A stretch of DNA of 63,872 nt, counting the filler, from Rhabdomonas costata (lineage: Eukaryota), in NCBI GenBank assembly GCA_019059605.1. It is 18 parts of 18 records of this genome, joined end to end, with 100 filler letters (N's around TTAATTAATTAA, not from the genome) between each part and the next. Parts side by side here need not be neighbours in the genome. Positions count along the whole stretch, not along the records: positions 24,782 to 28,226 come from JAHMHO010000845.1; positions 28,327 to 31,760 come from JAHMHO010000846.1; positions 31,861 to 35,294 come from JAHMHO010000847.1; positions 35,395 to 38,824 come from JAHMHO010000848.1; 14 more parts are not named here. The stretch is one strand, 5' to 3'. This document shows positions 25,406 through 35,420 of the stretch, piece after piece (the first letter of the stretch is position 1; each line of letters starts with the position of its first letter). A program made the position numbers and the translations under genes. A model generated the notes under the pieces. The model was given only the letters and a program-made list of their open reading frames with translations. It made no database searches and was not told the origin of the DNA.

Positions 25406-27882
25406 CTACAGTAAGGGCCTTCGCCTGGCCCAGATCCGGCTCCAGTTCGGGATTCTTGGGTACAGGCTACCCGAGCAGGGCCGCATCACCAGCACCCCGG
25501 GCGGGGTTTTGGGGTGCAGCAAGCCCCACGAGATGAACAGGTTGTACACGTCGGGGTAGCTCAGGCACTGACCGGGGTAGAAGTCAGGGGGCATGTTCAA
25601 ACACCGCAGCCCTCGAGCCTGCCGCAGGGAGCAGATGATCGACGAGAACGAGGACACCGGGTTGCCCAGAAACTCCTAAACAGGAGAAAAGGAAAGGAAA
25701 CCCGTTGAGACGATTTGGGGACAGAGCATCTGGGAGCAGCTGTCTGAAAAACAGCCAAGACTCATGGCTTCTCAGCTGGCGCGTTGTCAACATAGCAGAG
25801 GTCCTGACTTGCTTCCTTTATTTAAAACTGTCTTTAGAACCAAACACCTGATAATAACCCGGTTCCCATAAAATCGTCCCTGCTCTTCACTTGAGTTCTT
25901 GTGCTGATTGTTCTAAAATTCATCACCAAAGCACCCTCGCAACACTCACACACACACACCATCATACCACCACCATCAAACTACATATATCACCGCCTTA
26001 CGCCATGCTTCCCCATTTTCGTCTCGTCTTCCGCAAAGCGACCTTAGTGTGAGCGATCAACTATTGTCACCAGCCTTCTTTGTCCTCGTACGTCAAGCCG
26101 CCCACAGTGGCGGTATCACAGATCAAAAGGCACTCGGAGATGCAGTCTGCGCTATGAAGAGCAAACACTGGTACGGATACCGTCTAACATGTTGTCTCGA
26201 TTAGACGTTGGAGTGAAGGAAACTCTGGCCCCATCCCAACCAGATCTTCCCGTGTGAAATGTGGGGTGCAGCAGGTGCCTGGTTGGGGGCAGAGTTGCCT
26301 GAAAACTCATCGGAGTCGCGAGCAGCCACGAAACGTAAGGTGATGGCTGAGAAAGGTATGTCTCTCTCACACAGGGGGGGTTTTCTGTCGCCCCTTTCCA
26401 TGGCGCCTAATAACTGCATTGCTTCCCGCCCCACGGCGATGCACAGACACACACACACACACACACCCCAGCCTCAGCCAGGACATGGACGTCGACCAGG
26501 AGCGGGAAGTGCCTGCCGCTGCCCCTCAGGCCCTCTTCTGCCGCCCTCTGCGCCGCCAGCAAAGCCTCCGAGGGGCGGTAGAACACCCCTCCCATCGCGC
26601 GCAGCAGCGCGGAGGCCGTGCGGTTTTGCCCGTCCGTGCCCACGAAGAAGGGCAGCTGCCCCTCCTGCGTTCCCGTAGCGTTGCGCCAGCACCGGACGTA
26701 CTCCGGAGGCATGATGCACTCGTCCCCTGGATTGAACACCCGATCAAACACGCAATATTTGAGAGCTTTACAGCACCCAATCATCATCCAACTGTCAAGC
26801 TGTTGAATGTCAGATTGGGGAATTCACAGTGGTCTCATGGGAAGAGAAGAACTGCTCGCATCGCTTGCAACAACCCCAACACGACGGCGAGGGAACGGGG
26901 AGTGCAAGAACCTGTGGGCCTCCACGGGATCCGCTCCACCTCGTTGTACCTGCAAGGGGAAAAGAAATACCGCGGGTTCATGGCCCTATGGAATGAATGG
27001 TGTTCATTTTGGTGGAGGCGTAAAAGCACGTAGGAAAAGGCCAGGCGGGGGGCGACACTGAAAATGGTACCCACTATATAAACGATCCACTAAATCGATC
27101 CACCTTAGACACGATCACAGTAGTTTCCTAGTGAAGACGAAAGTGTATGTGTGTATGTGTACGCGGTGATGCTTACCGGCGTTTATCTGCCTGATTTCCC
27201 TGTGACACCTGTGACTTGCCGAACGAATCCTTCAGTCATCCTTCAGTCCAGTGGGCGAGCTGCGCTGGCTCTGTTTTTTTTGTGTGTACGACTGCCGAAT
27301 GACGACTGCCCCGTGCGAGTGCAAGGTTGGTGGGCGGCCTTAGCGACATTTTTTTTTTGCGAAGTGTACAAATAAGTGAGGAGGTAAAAGGGTCGGTTTA
27401 TGAACAATCCAGCTGTCCGGCGTTCTTTCTGAGTTCGAAGATGTCCACCTCAGGCTCGGTAGTAGAGCGTAGAGGAAAGTGCGCTGACCACAGCCTGTTT
27501 TCTTGTTGTGTGTTGGGATAGCTGGTGTATCGGAGGACTAGTCAACAGCGGTTGGGCTGGCGTTCGCGACCAAGAGCAGCACACAACCGCGTCATGCCTG
27601 TACGCTGCCCCGTGGCGTCCGCTGCATCCACAAAGGCCTTTGTATTCAGCAGCTTGCTTGCTACGGCACGGCATGGCCAGAGGCAGCGGCGGAGAGGAGT
27701 GCGGTCATTTCGTATTTGTCCCCAGCCTCCTCCAATGTTCATAATACTCACTCGGGATAGTTGCCACACGGACTTCATTCTTATGCAGTCTTCCGTTGTT
27801 GTTTCGGTTCGAACACTTCCACTTCCTACTACTGTTGCAGGACAACCAAGACCAGCAGCTTCCACATGCGCTTCCTCCACGC

Positions 27883-27924
<42 letters not shown>

Positions 27925-28207
27925 CCGCCTCCCTTTCCATCGACTGATAAATATCCAGTGCCTTTCTCCTGCTCTTCGTATGACTTTGAGCCGCTTGTTA
28001 AGGTGCTTTTTCGTGTGTATGTATGTGTGCATGTAGGCACACCACCAGGCCCAGTCCTCCACGTGACCCAAGCAGCGCGCCCGAGTGGGGGCTGTGGCGC
28101 GGTTGCGAAGGTGAACACCAAGGAAGTGCCTGGGGAGGTCCCGAGCCACGCTGAGGACCTCCGCCTGCAGGGCCGCCGCGGGCCGCAAGTAGCGGAAAAT
28201 GCAGTAC
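25406..28207 (-). CDS. O-fucosyltransferase-like (GT-B, POFUT/O-FucT family), 3' exons 28207-28043, 26949-26912, 26765-26467, 25675-25406
   Basis: FLGVHLR motif, FFVGTDG, and LVDVHVLAEAG|EFLGNPVSSFSSIICSLR, the classic O-FucT C-terminal D...A..F.G...SSFS motif. GT-AG introns in phase, TAG stop. Confidence 0.75.
27885..27920 (+). repeat. (GCT)12 microsatellite, intronic
   Basis: Perfect trinucleotide run. Confidence 0.95.
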
Positions 28208-28935
28208 CTGCGCCCCCCCCCACCACNNNNNNNNNNNNNNNNNNNNNNNNNNNNNNNNNNNNNNNNNNNNTTAATTAATTAANNNNNNNNNNNNNNNNNN
28301 NNNNNNNNNNNNNNNNNNNNNNNNNNTTTCTGCCGAGGGGGAGTCTTGTTCCTCTTCCTCCACCAGCAGCGGAAAGGGCAATGGTGGGGGTGGGTGCTGC
28401 CGAAGCCCGCCTTCAGTGTGACCCCGTGCCACCCCGATGCTACCTCACCCAGCTCAATGCTTTCCGAACGTTTTCTTATCCCCGCTGTACTGTACGTTTT
28501 GCGACGCGCGCGTGTCCTTTTTGTATTCGATTTCCACTTTTGCCCATGCACTGGCGCCTGTGCTCTGCATAGCGGGGTTACCCCTGCATCAGATTTTGCC
28601 AAGAAAAAAAAAGAGGGAAGGATGGCAATGATGTTCAAAGATTCCTTTCTCATTAATGTGGTGGCATCTTGGAATTCTGGCAGCGTTCGACACGGCGGCT
28701 ATCGCAGCACTTGGTTTTTAAAATGTCCAACAGGGGCACTGGGAGCTCTGTCTATTTTATGATCGTCTTCCTGTTGGAGGGTGAGTGTGCTGAATTATAA
28801 TGAAGCCATGCGCTCGCTGTCTTTTGCTTAGTCTTTTCCTTGTGTGCATGCTTTCTGTGTGATGTGAGGAGTGGCGACAATTAAAGCGCCGTCTTTCTTG
28901 CTGAGTTTTATCGCCCTAAGCGTTCTCCAGAGAGA

Positions 28936-31723
28936 ATGGCGGACGACGAGTGCGACGTGAAGCTTGTGGACACCAACGGCATTGTCACCAGCTTTTACGA
29001 GCTGCTGTGGAAGAAGAAGAACGAGCGGCAGGAGAAGCAAAGCAAGTACCCCAACTTCTTTGTGTACCTTCCGGACACCATCGTGTACAACTTCTCGCAG
29101 CCGCAGTACTGGTACTTTACCAGGTGTGCGCTTGGAGCCACGGACAGGGATACGAAGGGATCGTTCGACATCGTGGACTGGGGTCGGTGCTACTGCTTTT
29201 TATAGAGGGCCTATTAAGTTTTGGTTTTTTTATTGTGAGTCGGTATGGAGTATTCAGCTCGCCCCCGTCCCCTGCTTCCCACGGCATACTGTGGTTGTGG
29301 ACTTTTCCTCCAGTTATTAATCTTTTGGTGTGCGGTGAAGTTGACGAGCGCTGAAAAAGTGTGGCTGGTAGTCGTTGGCTATCGGGTGTTGGTGATTGGT
29401 GATCACGATCTTCCCATCCCGAATCAAATGGAAAACACGCTTGCTCAACTGCACGTGCGGCGGTGTCGGGAAAATAGGGGTTAAGTTCACAGGTCACACG
29501 CACAATCGTGGGCAAACACGGTAGTTTTAAGCGGGCCCACCTCGGTGTCTCGTGAAGAAAAAGTGACGGCATGAAACCGAAGGCTGGGATTTGGACGGAG
29601 GGCAGACAGTTTAAAAACAATAGTTTTCGAGGTTGCAGTCACCAGAGCAAGACAAAAAGGCGAAACAAGGCAATGCCATGGAAGCGCTCTTCGCACAGCG
29701 GTGTTGGGTTTGTCATTAGCTCGCGCAGCGGCAGCGGATTCCGCAAGCTGGTAAAGAAGAAGCGGCAGAACCTGAACTCCAAGAACATCCTGGACAAGTT
29801 CTTGAAGACGTCTTCGAAGTCTGGAATCGTCGCGGTGTACATGTACAAGGACGAGACCCCAGAGGGCAGGGCCCGGGTCCGCGCGGGAGGGTCCACTGTG
29901 TGCATAAGGTGTGCCTGGGACACCTTTGTTAGTGTCGGGTAATTGTGGTTTGCGATCCACCTCCAGAGGTGAGGCCTCTTCTGCAAACAAATGCAGCTTT
30001 TCCCAAAGTTGGGCTCCTGCCGGCCTCCGTTGTAAGACAAGGAGGCCGCGGTTCGGGTGTGAGGTTGGAATCGGGTTTCTGCCAATTTGTGGCTGGAGTG
30101 GTTGTTAACTTTCAGTTTAGAAAGGGTTATGCTGTGTGTGCAACGCTGGTTTAACTATTGAAAAAACTCTGCGGAAAAGGTCGCGTATGAGCTACGGTAG
30201 AGCGCCCACAAGCAAAACTTCCTTTGGAACGCAACACACGCTCTCAAACGAACAAAAAAAGAGAGCAATACAGACACGGGACACGCCCCCCCTCCCCCAC
30301 CTCCAAACTCAGCATACGACGGAAAAGTCTCATGAAGTAAATACACATAACGTTGCCAATTCGTGGTGTTCCTGCTGTATGATGGTTTTCCTGTGATTGA
30401 TCGGAACGCTCGTAATTGCACCCGCACTCTCCTGTGCACACGAAGGTATCTGAACGCGGACGGGCTGAAGGCCAACCTTCTGCGCCTGGGGCAGTTCAAC
30501 GACAACGGGGTGCTGCAGCAGTTCATCGAGCCCAAGCCCCTGGTGGACGGCAGTGTGCGCAACCACATCATCCAGGCCACGTGGCAGCCCAACCACATTG
30601 CCTTTGACAAGCGGCAGAACAAGCACCTCCTAACTGACGAGCGGTGTGCATGTGTGTGTGCTTCGCACTTTGATTGTAAGGACCCGTTTAGGACACGGGG
30701 CTGTTGCTCTTCCGGCTGATGCGGAGGCTCTTAGTCTGCATTTTTCTTACTCGCGAACCGGAAGGAGAAACCCTGGAGCTTCCGCATCCTGCCCGGAAAA
30801 CAGGATGCGGAAGCTCCAGGGTTAAGGCAGCCAACCAACCGCCCACGTTATGTATGCGCTGAAAGAGAAGGAAAGTTGCAGGCGTGAGAACGGAAATCGA
30901 AAATCTTGCTGAATCTGAGGATATAAACGCACCCCAAGAATGATTATGGTTAAGTATTGGTGGTCTTCTTGTACATTACAGGAGGACGGCACAAGCTGAA
31001 ACACGCACTCCTTGGCAGCAGACTTCGATTGTAAGTGCCCCCAGAAACGGCGGTAAGTGCGTACGTGCGATTACTGTTCAGCTCCCAATAATCAGCAGGT
31101 CGGGATGACACCCCCTAATGACGGTCGCTGGTGCTTGTTTGTAACGTCCGTCAGCAATTCGAAATAATGAATCAGAAAGCTGAGAGCGTCTGTCGAGCTT
31201 GAGCACGCGTTGCAAGGCGTGTATTGGACTCTACTACTTTTCCCGCCGCCCGTCTCCCTCCACCTCATCTCTCTCTTTCCGATTGGGTAGGCACTCGTAC
31301 CAGCAGCGAGCAGAGACGTTCGAGGGCACCTTTGAGAACTCTGAGCCCTTCCCGATGGTTTCCGTGATCCTCCTGGACGAGATTACTTCCATCTGCAATC
31401 GCATCGCCGAGGTTCTCTTCCTTGCTGCTTTCGCCCTGCCAACCGTGTAACGGGTGGCAAACAACATATGTCTGGGGTCGTGCGGCTCGCACCCGCCGTT
31501 GCGATTTGTACCTCGCCCAGGTCACCCCAGCACTCGAATCATGCCGTAATCGTTATCATCGAAGTGAACGAAGGATGTGGGAATTGCAAGATGTCTCCGA
31601 TATCTGTCCTTCCTTCCTTCCTTCCTCACACATAGTGCAGATCTTTGGAGTGCTTGGTACACAGCTTTCTCTCCTGTTTTGCAGCACCTGTGGCACGTTG
31701 CGGACTGCGCGGTGAAGCGGATG
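28936..31723 (+). CDS. Conserved-looking uncharacterised protist protein (exons 28936-29123, 29720-29908, 30446-30643, 31291-31411, 31685-31723), partial
   Basis: Strong GC3 bias and in-phase GT-AG junctions. Motifs LPDTIVY...PQYWYFTS, GVLQQFIEPK, IQATWQP and QRAETFEG. Confidence 0.75.
30769..30823. repeat. Perfect 23-bp intronic inverted repeat (9-nt loop)
   Basis: AACCCTGGAGCTTCCGCATCCTG-cccggaaaa-CAGGATGCGGAAGCTCCAGGGTT. Confidence 0.95.
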
Positions 31724-31754
31724 GTGCAAAACAGGAGAGAAAGCTGTGTACCAA
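31654..31754. repeat. Perfect 30-bp inverted repeat enclosing a 39-nt exon at the contig end
   Basis: TTGGTACACAGCTTTCTCTCCTGTTTTGCA (31654-31683) and its reverse complement (31725-31754). Confidence 0.9.
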
Positions 31755-31934
31755 CCAACANNNNNNNNNNNNNNNNNNNNNNNNNNNNNNNNNNNNNNNN
31801 NNNNTTAATTAATTAANNNNNNNNNNNNNNNNNNNNNNNNNNNNNNNNNNNNNNNNNNNNGGGGGTTGGTGGGCAATCATTTGTGGGTTTTGATGGTCTT
31901 GTTTTTGACTCCTAGATTTTTTTCAAGCAACAAG

Positions 31935-33130
31935 ATGAAGACTCCCAGCTTGGTGTCTTCTGGGGTTCTGGAACTCTCCATGTTTGCCTTGTTGGGGTGG
32001 CTCCTGGCGGCATTTCACATTCGGAGCGGAGGTCAGGATCCTGACCAGGGCCTCGCTGGGACGTCTGTGGGACCATTTGTGAGCTACCGGAAGGTTGTCC
32101 AGGCCCATATTGATGGCATTCTCATGGGGATTATTCAGATGCTGATTGGGTCTGTGCTTGCCCCGTACATCACGGGGACGACGTCAGCGCTGCTGATCGC
32201 TGGCAGCTGGGCCAATCCCTGCAAGTTCCGCTCAGCAGATCCCCCCCGTTCTCAGCTTTAACCAAATTTTCAGAATTGGATTTGACAGCTAGATTCAGGA
32301 TTGTCGGGGTAGTGGGCTTTGATTTGCTATAGCAGAAAGAGCACAAATATCTGGACGACAGATATAACAAATATCGTAATGAAGCGAGCAGGCGGCGAAG
32401 TGTCGTCGAAATGTGTGGGGGGAGCTGAGAAGTTTCGCAATTCTGACCCCAAGGACCGGCCACGCAGCGTTTCGGGAGGCCTGTTGTATTACACAAGACC
32501 CCAGGCCTGCTTCGGCTTAGCCCTCTTCCCCCCAAGTTTTGCAATTAATTATGCACGAGGAGACGTTGGCGTTGGGCGAATGGGATGGAATAGAGAGGAA
32601 ATGGTTCAATGGGAGCCTGAGACTTTGCTTTTGCATCATGGCCAGAGAAAAACTTGCACCACACACAGACCACATGAAGATTTAAGTACGGCACCTCGGC
32701 ACAGGACCTTACTTAGGTGAGTGATTGTTATCGAGTTAACACCCACGCGCGAAGAGAATGCAGTGTTACTTATGATGGGACAAGCAGCTGGAATCGAAAA
32801 GAATTCATTTTTACATGTCAACGTAAACATACGTATGAAGACGTTACGTGTGTTATAAAATATTGTTGTTATCAATTTTGCTGCTGGAATAGTTGCACGC
32901 GAACCAACTGTCGGTTTTATTGGGAGGGGGGTGCTGCGGTTAAGTAGCTGAGTTCTGGGAGGTGATCTTCTGAGCCGGGGCCATTCCCCCGTCTCTTCTT
33001 GGTCCCGGCTGTCTCACCGTCAGCGCCTAAGAAGACCTGGATGAAGGGGCTCTCTACGCTCTCTTTTCTCACCACCTCGGCAGCCTACATTCGACTGTGC
33101 GAGTCATACTTCTCGTCTGGGCCGCGTTGA
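31935..33130 (+). CDS. Small multi-pass membrane protein, styrene-oxide-isomerase (StyC)-like or bacterial-like, 2 exons (31935-32220 and about 32991-33130)
   Basis: TM helices with KVVQAHIDGILMG (His within a TM) and LLIAGSWANP. Exon 2 reads (C)LFLVPAVSPSAPKKTWMKGLSTLSFLTTSAAY...*. The family assignment is by remembered motif. Confidence 0.6.
32221..32990 (+). other. Candidate nonconventional (euglenid-type) or intermediate intron with complementary ends
   Basis: 5' end GCAAGT. The 3' end is ...ATTCCCCC with no AG if the LFLVPA helix is coding. 32228-32263 pairs with 32938-32978. An alternative AG acceptor lies at 33023. Confidence 0.5.
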
Positions 33131-33585
33131 GTTAGGGTAGCAGCATATGCCGCACCCATTGACGTGTGCGATGCGTTCTCTGTGTGTTTTGAAGGAGCTT
33201 TATGGCGATTTGTTCATGCAGGTTAATAGCTTGCTCAGTTGGCTTGCTCATTTGACAGGCCATTCTATATTTTCTGCGATGCGCAAATAGTGTGGTGCTA
33301 ACCTCTGCGGTGAACGTTTTGTGCTGATGGCTCTTAGGGCTGAGTGGAAGGGGGTTCCTGATGGTAGGAAAGAGCAGCCGAATCGTTGTTAACCCCTCCA
33401 AAAAATGAATTCAAGAATCTTGAATGAACCTTATAATTCAGACCCCCCAGCGCTCTGCTTTCGCCCACCACCATCCTCCGCCACCCTTGCCTGTGTTCCT
33501 GGTCGCTCCTGTGCGCTGCTGTTCCTCCCCATTATTCTCCCCATTGCATCGCAGCCGCAAGTGCTTTTTGTGTGCCTTGATGTAG

Positions 33586-35148
33586 CCAAAACGCCCCCAC
33601 CACCACCCGAAAGAAACCCCTATTTCTGGACATCTGGTGGAAATCTTATTACCGACAGCGCGTCCAAAAATTGCTTTCCGATTTGCCCGATCCACCACCT
33701 CTTGGGACTGAAGAAAGATTGTTTTCGTTGATGGGCGATTGGTATGCTCGTGCCTCCAGTGCTGCAATTCAAAGGACATGGGATACCAGCGAAAAGACTT
33801 CTTCAGACCTCAATGAAACTTTCTCCTCCAATCCACTTTCGCACTTCTTAGGTCTTTCTTTTGGCAAAGTTTGTGTGTACCCTCTGGTGGATGTTTGCTT
33901 TGCTCTGATGGTTCGGAGAGGGGGCTCCGTGCCTCTGGACCTCTTTGGGCTGAGGCCAAGTTGATCTTGAAAGTAGCCTGCGCGAATGAGCGTCCCGGAG
34001 TTGAGGGCAGGCACCCCTGGCCCCAGCCCGCTTCGGGCGGCTCGAATGTACCAATCGCTGAAATTGCTAGGGTGCTGCAAATGCCCTTTGGCCAATCTCC
34101 GCCACCCACTCCCCCCAGTGTGCAGTCTAGAAATGTGACTGGGGCATCGCCATCACATCGCCGTCGCAAAGAAAAATATCGGGTAAAGGGTTTTCATTTC
34201 CCTTGAATCACCTGCTTTTCAACTGATTTAGTGCATTCGTCGCGTGCTGGTCAGAATATGAATGATATGTTGTTTTACAAAGAGTTCATTTCACTGCAAA
34301 AAGGAGCACTTCCGGACCTACCGCCTGGAAGAATGTCCCAAAACCAAGTATACGATTCCGAAATCTCTGCAACTGAGGTAACTGTTCTTTCATACGCTGC
34401 CCTGACCAAGTAATTAATTTCATGTGGGACTTATCTTAGTTGTTTTGCTGTCATTCCCGAAATCCGAAAGGCTGCAGACTGTCCTTTTTGGTGATGCTGG
34501 GTGTAGGTCAAGAAACAAGCTTCTCGCCGTGGACACTGACGATCCCTTTGATGAAGACTACGAGATGCTTCCTCCTGAGCTTGGGTTTGAGGTTCCCCGG
34601 CCCTTGTCCAGAGCGGCGGAACAGTCGCAAGGGTTACTGTCACCCTCCTCCTCATTTATATTCAATAGTGGACAGGGCTCAAGCCGGGATTTTGCGTTTT
34701 TGTTCCTCTGGAACATCCGTGGCTCGGCGCACACAGTGGAAAGAAGGGAAAGGGCTCGAAGTGTATGACATCTGGCACAAGAAAGGCGCTCTTAGGTTAC
34801 ACGCTAGTACCAAAATATGAAATTGTATCCTTTTTGTTTTCTGGCAAGCGCGTCCACAAATGGGTTCATCGTTTTCGACGACACCTGCAGATCTGCATAA
34901 CATCGGCCATTTCGGTTGACACCCGAGATTATTCGAGATTATGAATTTCTCTTTTCGTTTTGCGGGCTGGGAAGTTGTTGGATGACTTGCCTCAGACTCG
35001 CAAAGAAGGCCCGTCAAGTGTCCTCCCGGCCTGACTTCGAGGCTGGCTTTGACAAGCTTGAGTTCGTGCCAATCACACGCCACCGCGCCTTGACCGACCC
35101 TGGCAGGCCACTGTCTCTTGCCCAAATGAAGGCGTACTACAGAACCTG
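33586..35148 (+). CDS. Unknown multi-exon protein (about 6 exons), partial
   Basis: A chain of in-phase GT-AG-bounded blocks, e.g. LFLDIWWKSYYRQRVQ..., NMNDMLFYKEF..., WKEGKGLEVYDIWHKKGALR|LAKKARQV...QMKAYYRT. No family recognised. Confidence 0.5.
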
Positions 35149-35420
35149 GTACGTCACAGATTCCTCACCACATCGCCTTTCGTGCGCTGAGCCTCCTAAG
35201 AAATTCACATTTTTTTGTGGTGGCTACCAACTGGTTTGATGGTGCCGATTTGGAGTGCCCAAGACTGGGTAATTCCAATATCTCACTTAAAAACNNNNNN
35301 NNNNNNNNNNNNNNNNNNNNNNNNNNNNNNNNNNNNNNTTAATTAATTAANNNNNNNNNNNNNNNNNNNNNNNNNNNNNNNNNNNNNNNNNNNNTTGTGG
35401 TGTGACGAAGTAGTTGGGGG

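Noticed and set aside
27542-28188. Poly-Ala, poly-Gln and poly-Ser ORFs
   Set aside because: Translations of an intronic (GCT)12 microsatellite. Only 28043-28207 is coding.
4779-28207. Glycosylation gene cluster (UGM, GT15, O-FucT)
   Set aside because: The genes are on different contigs, and their adjacency results only from concatenation.
34592-34736. Second nonconventional intron (internal CCCTTGTCCA/TGGACAGGG stem)
   Set aside because: An in-phase GT...CAG pair explains the junction conventionally.
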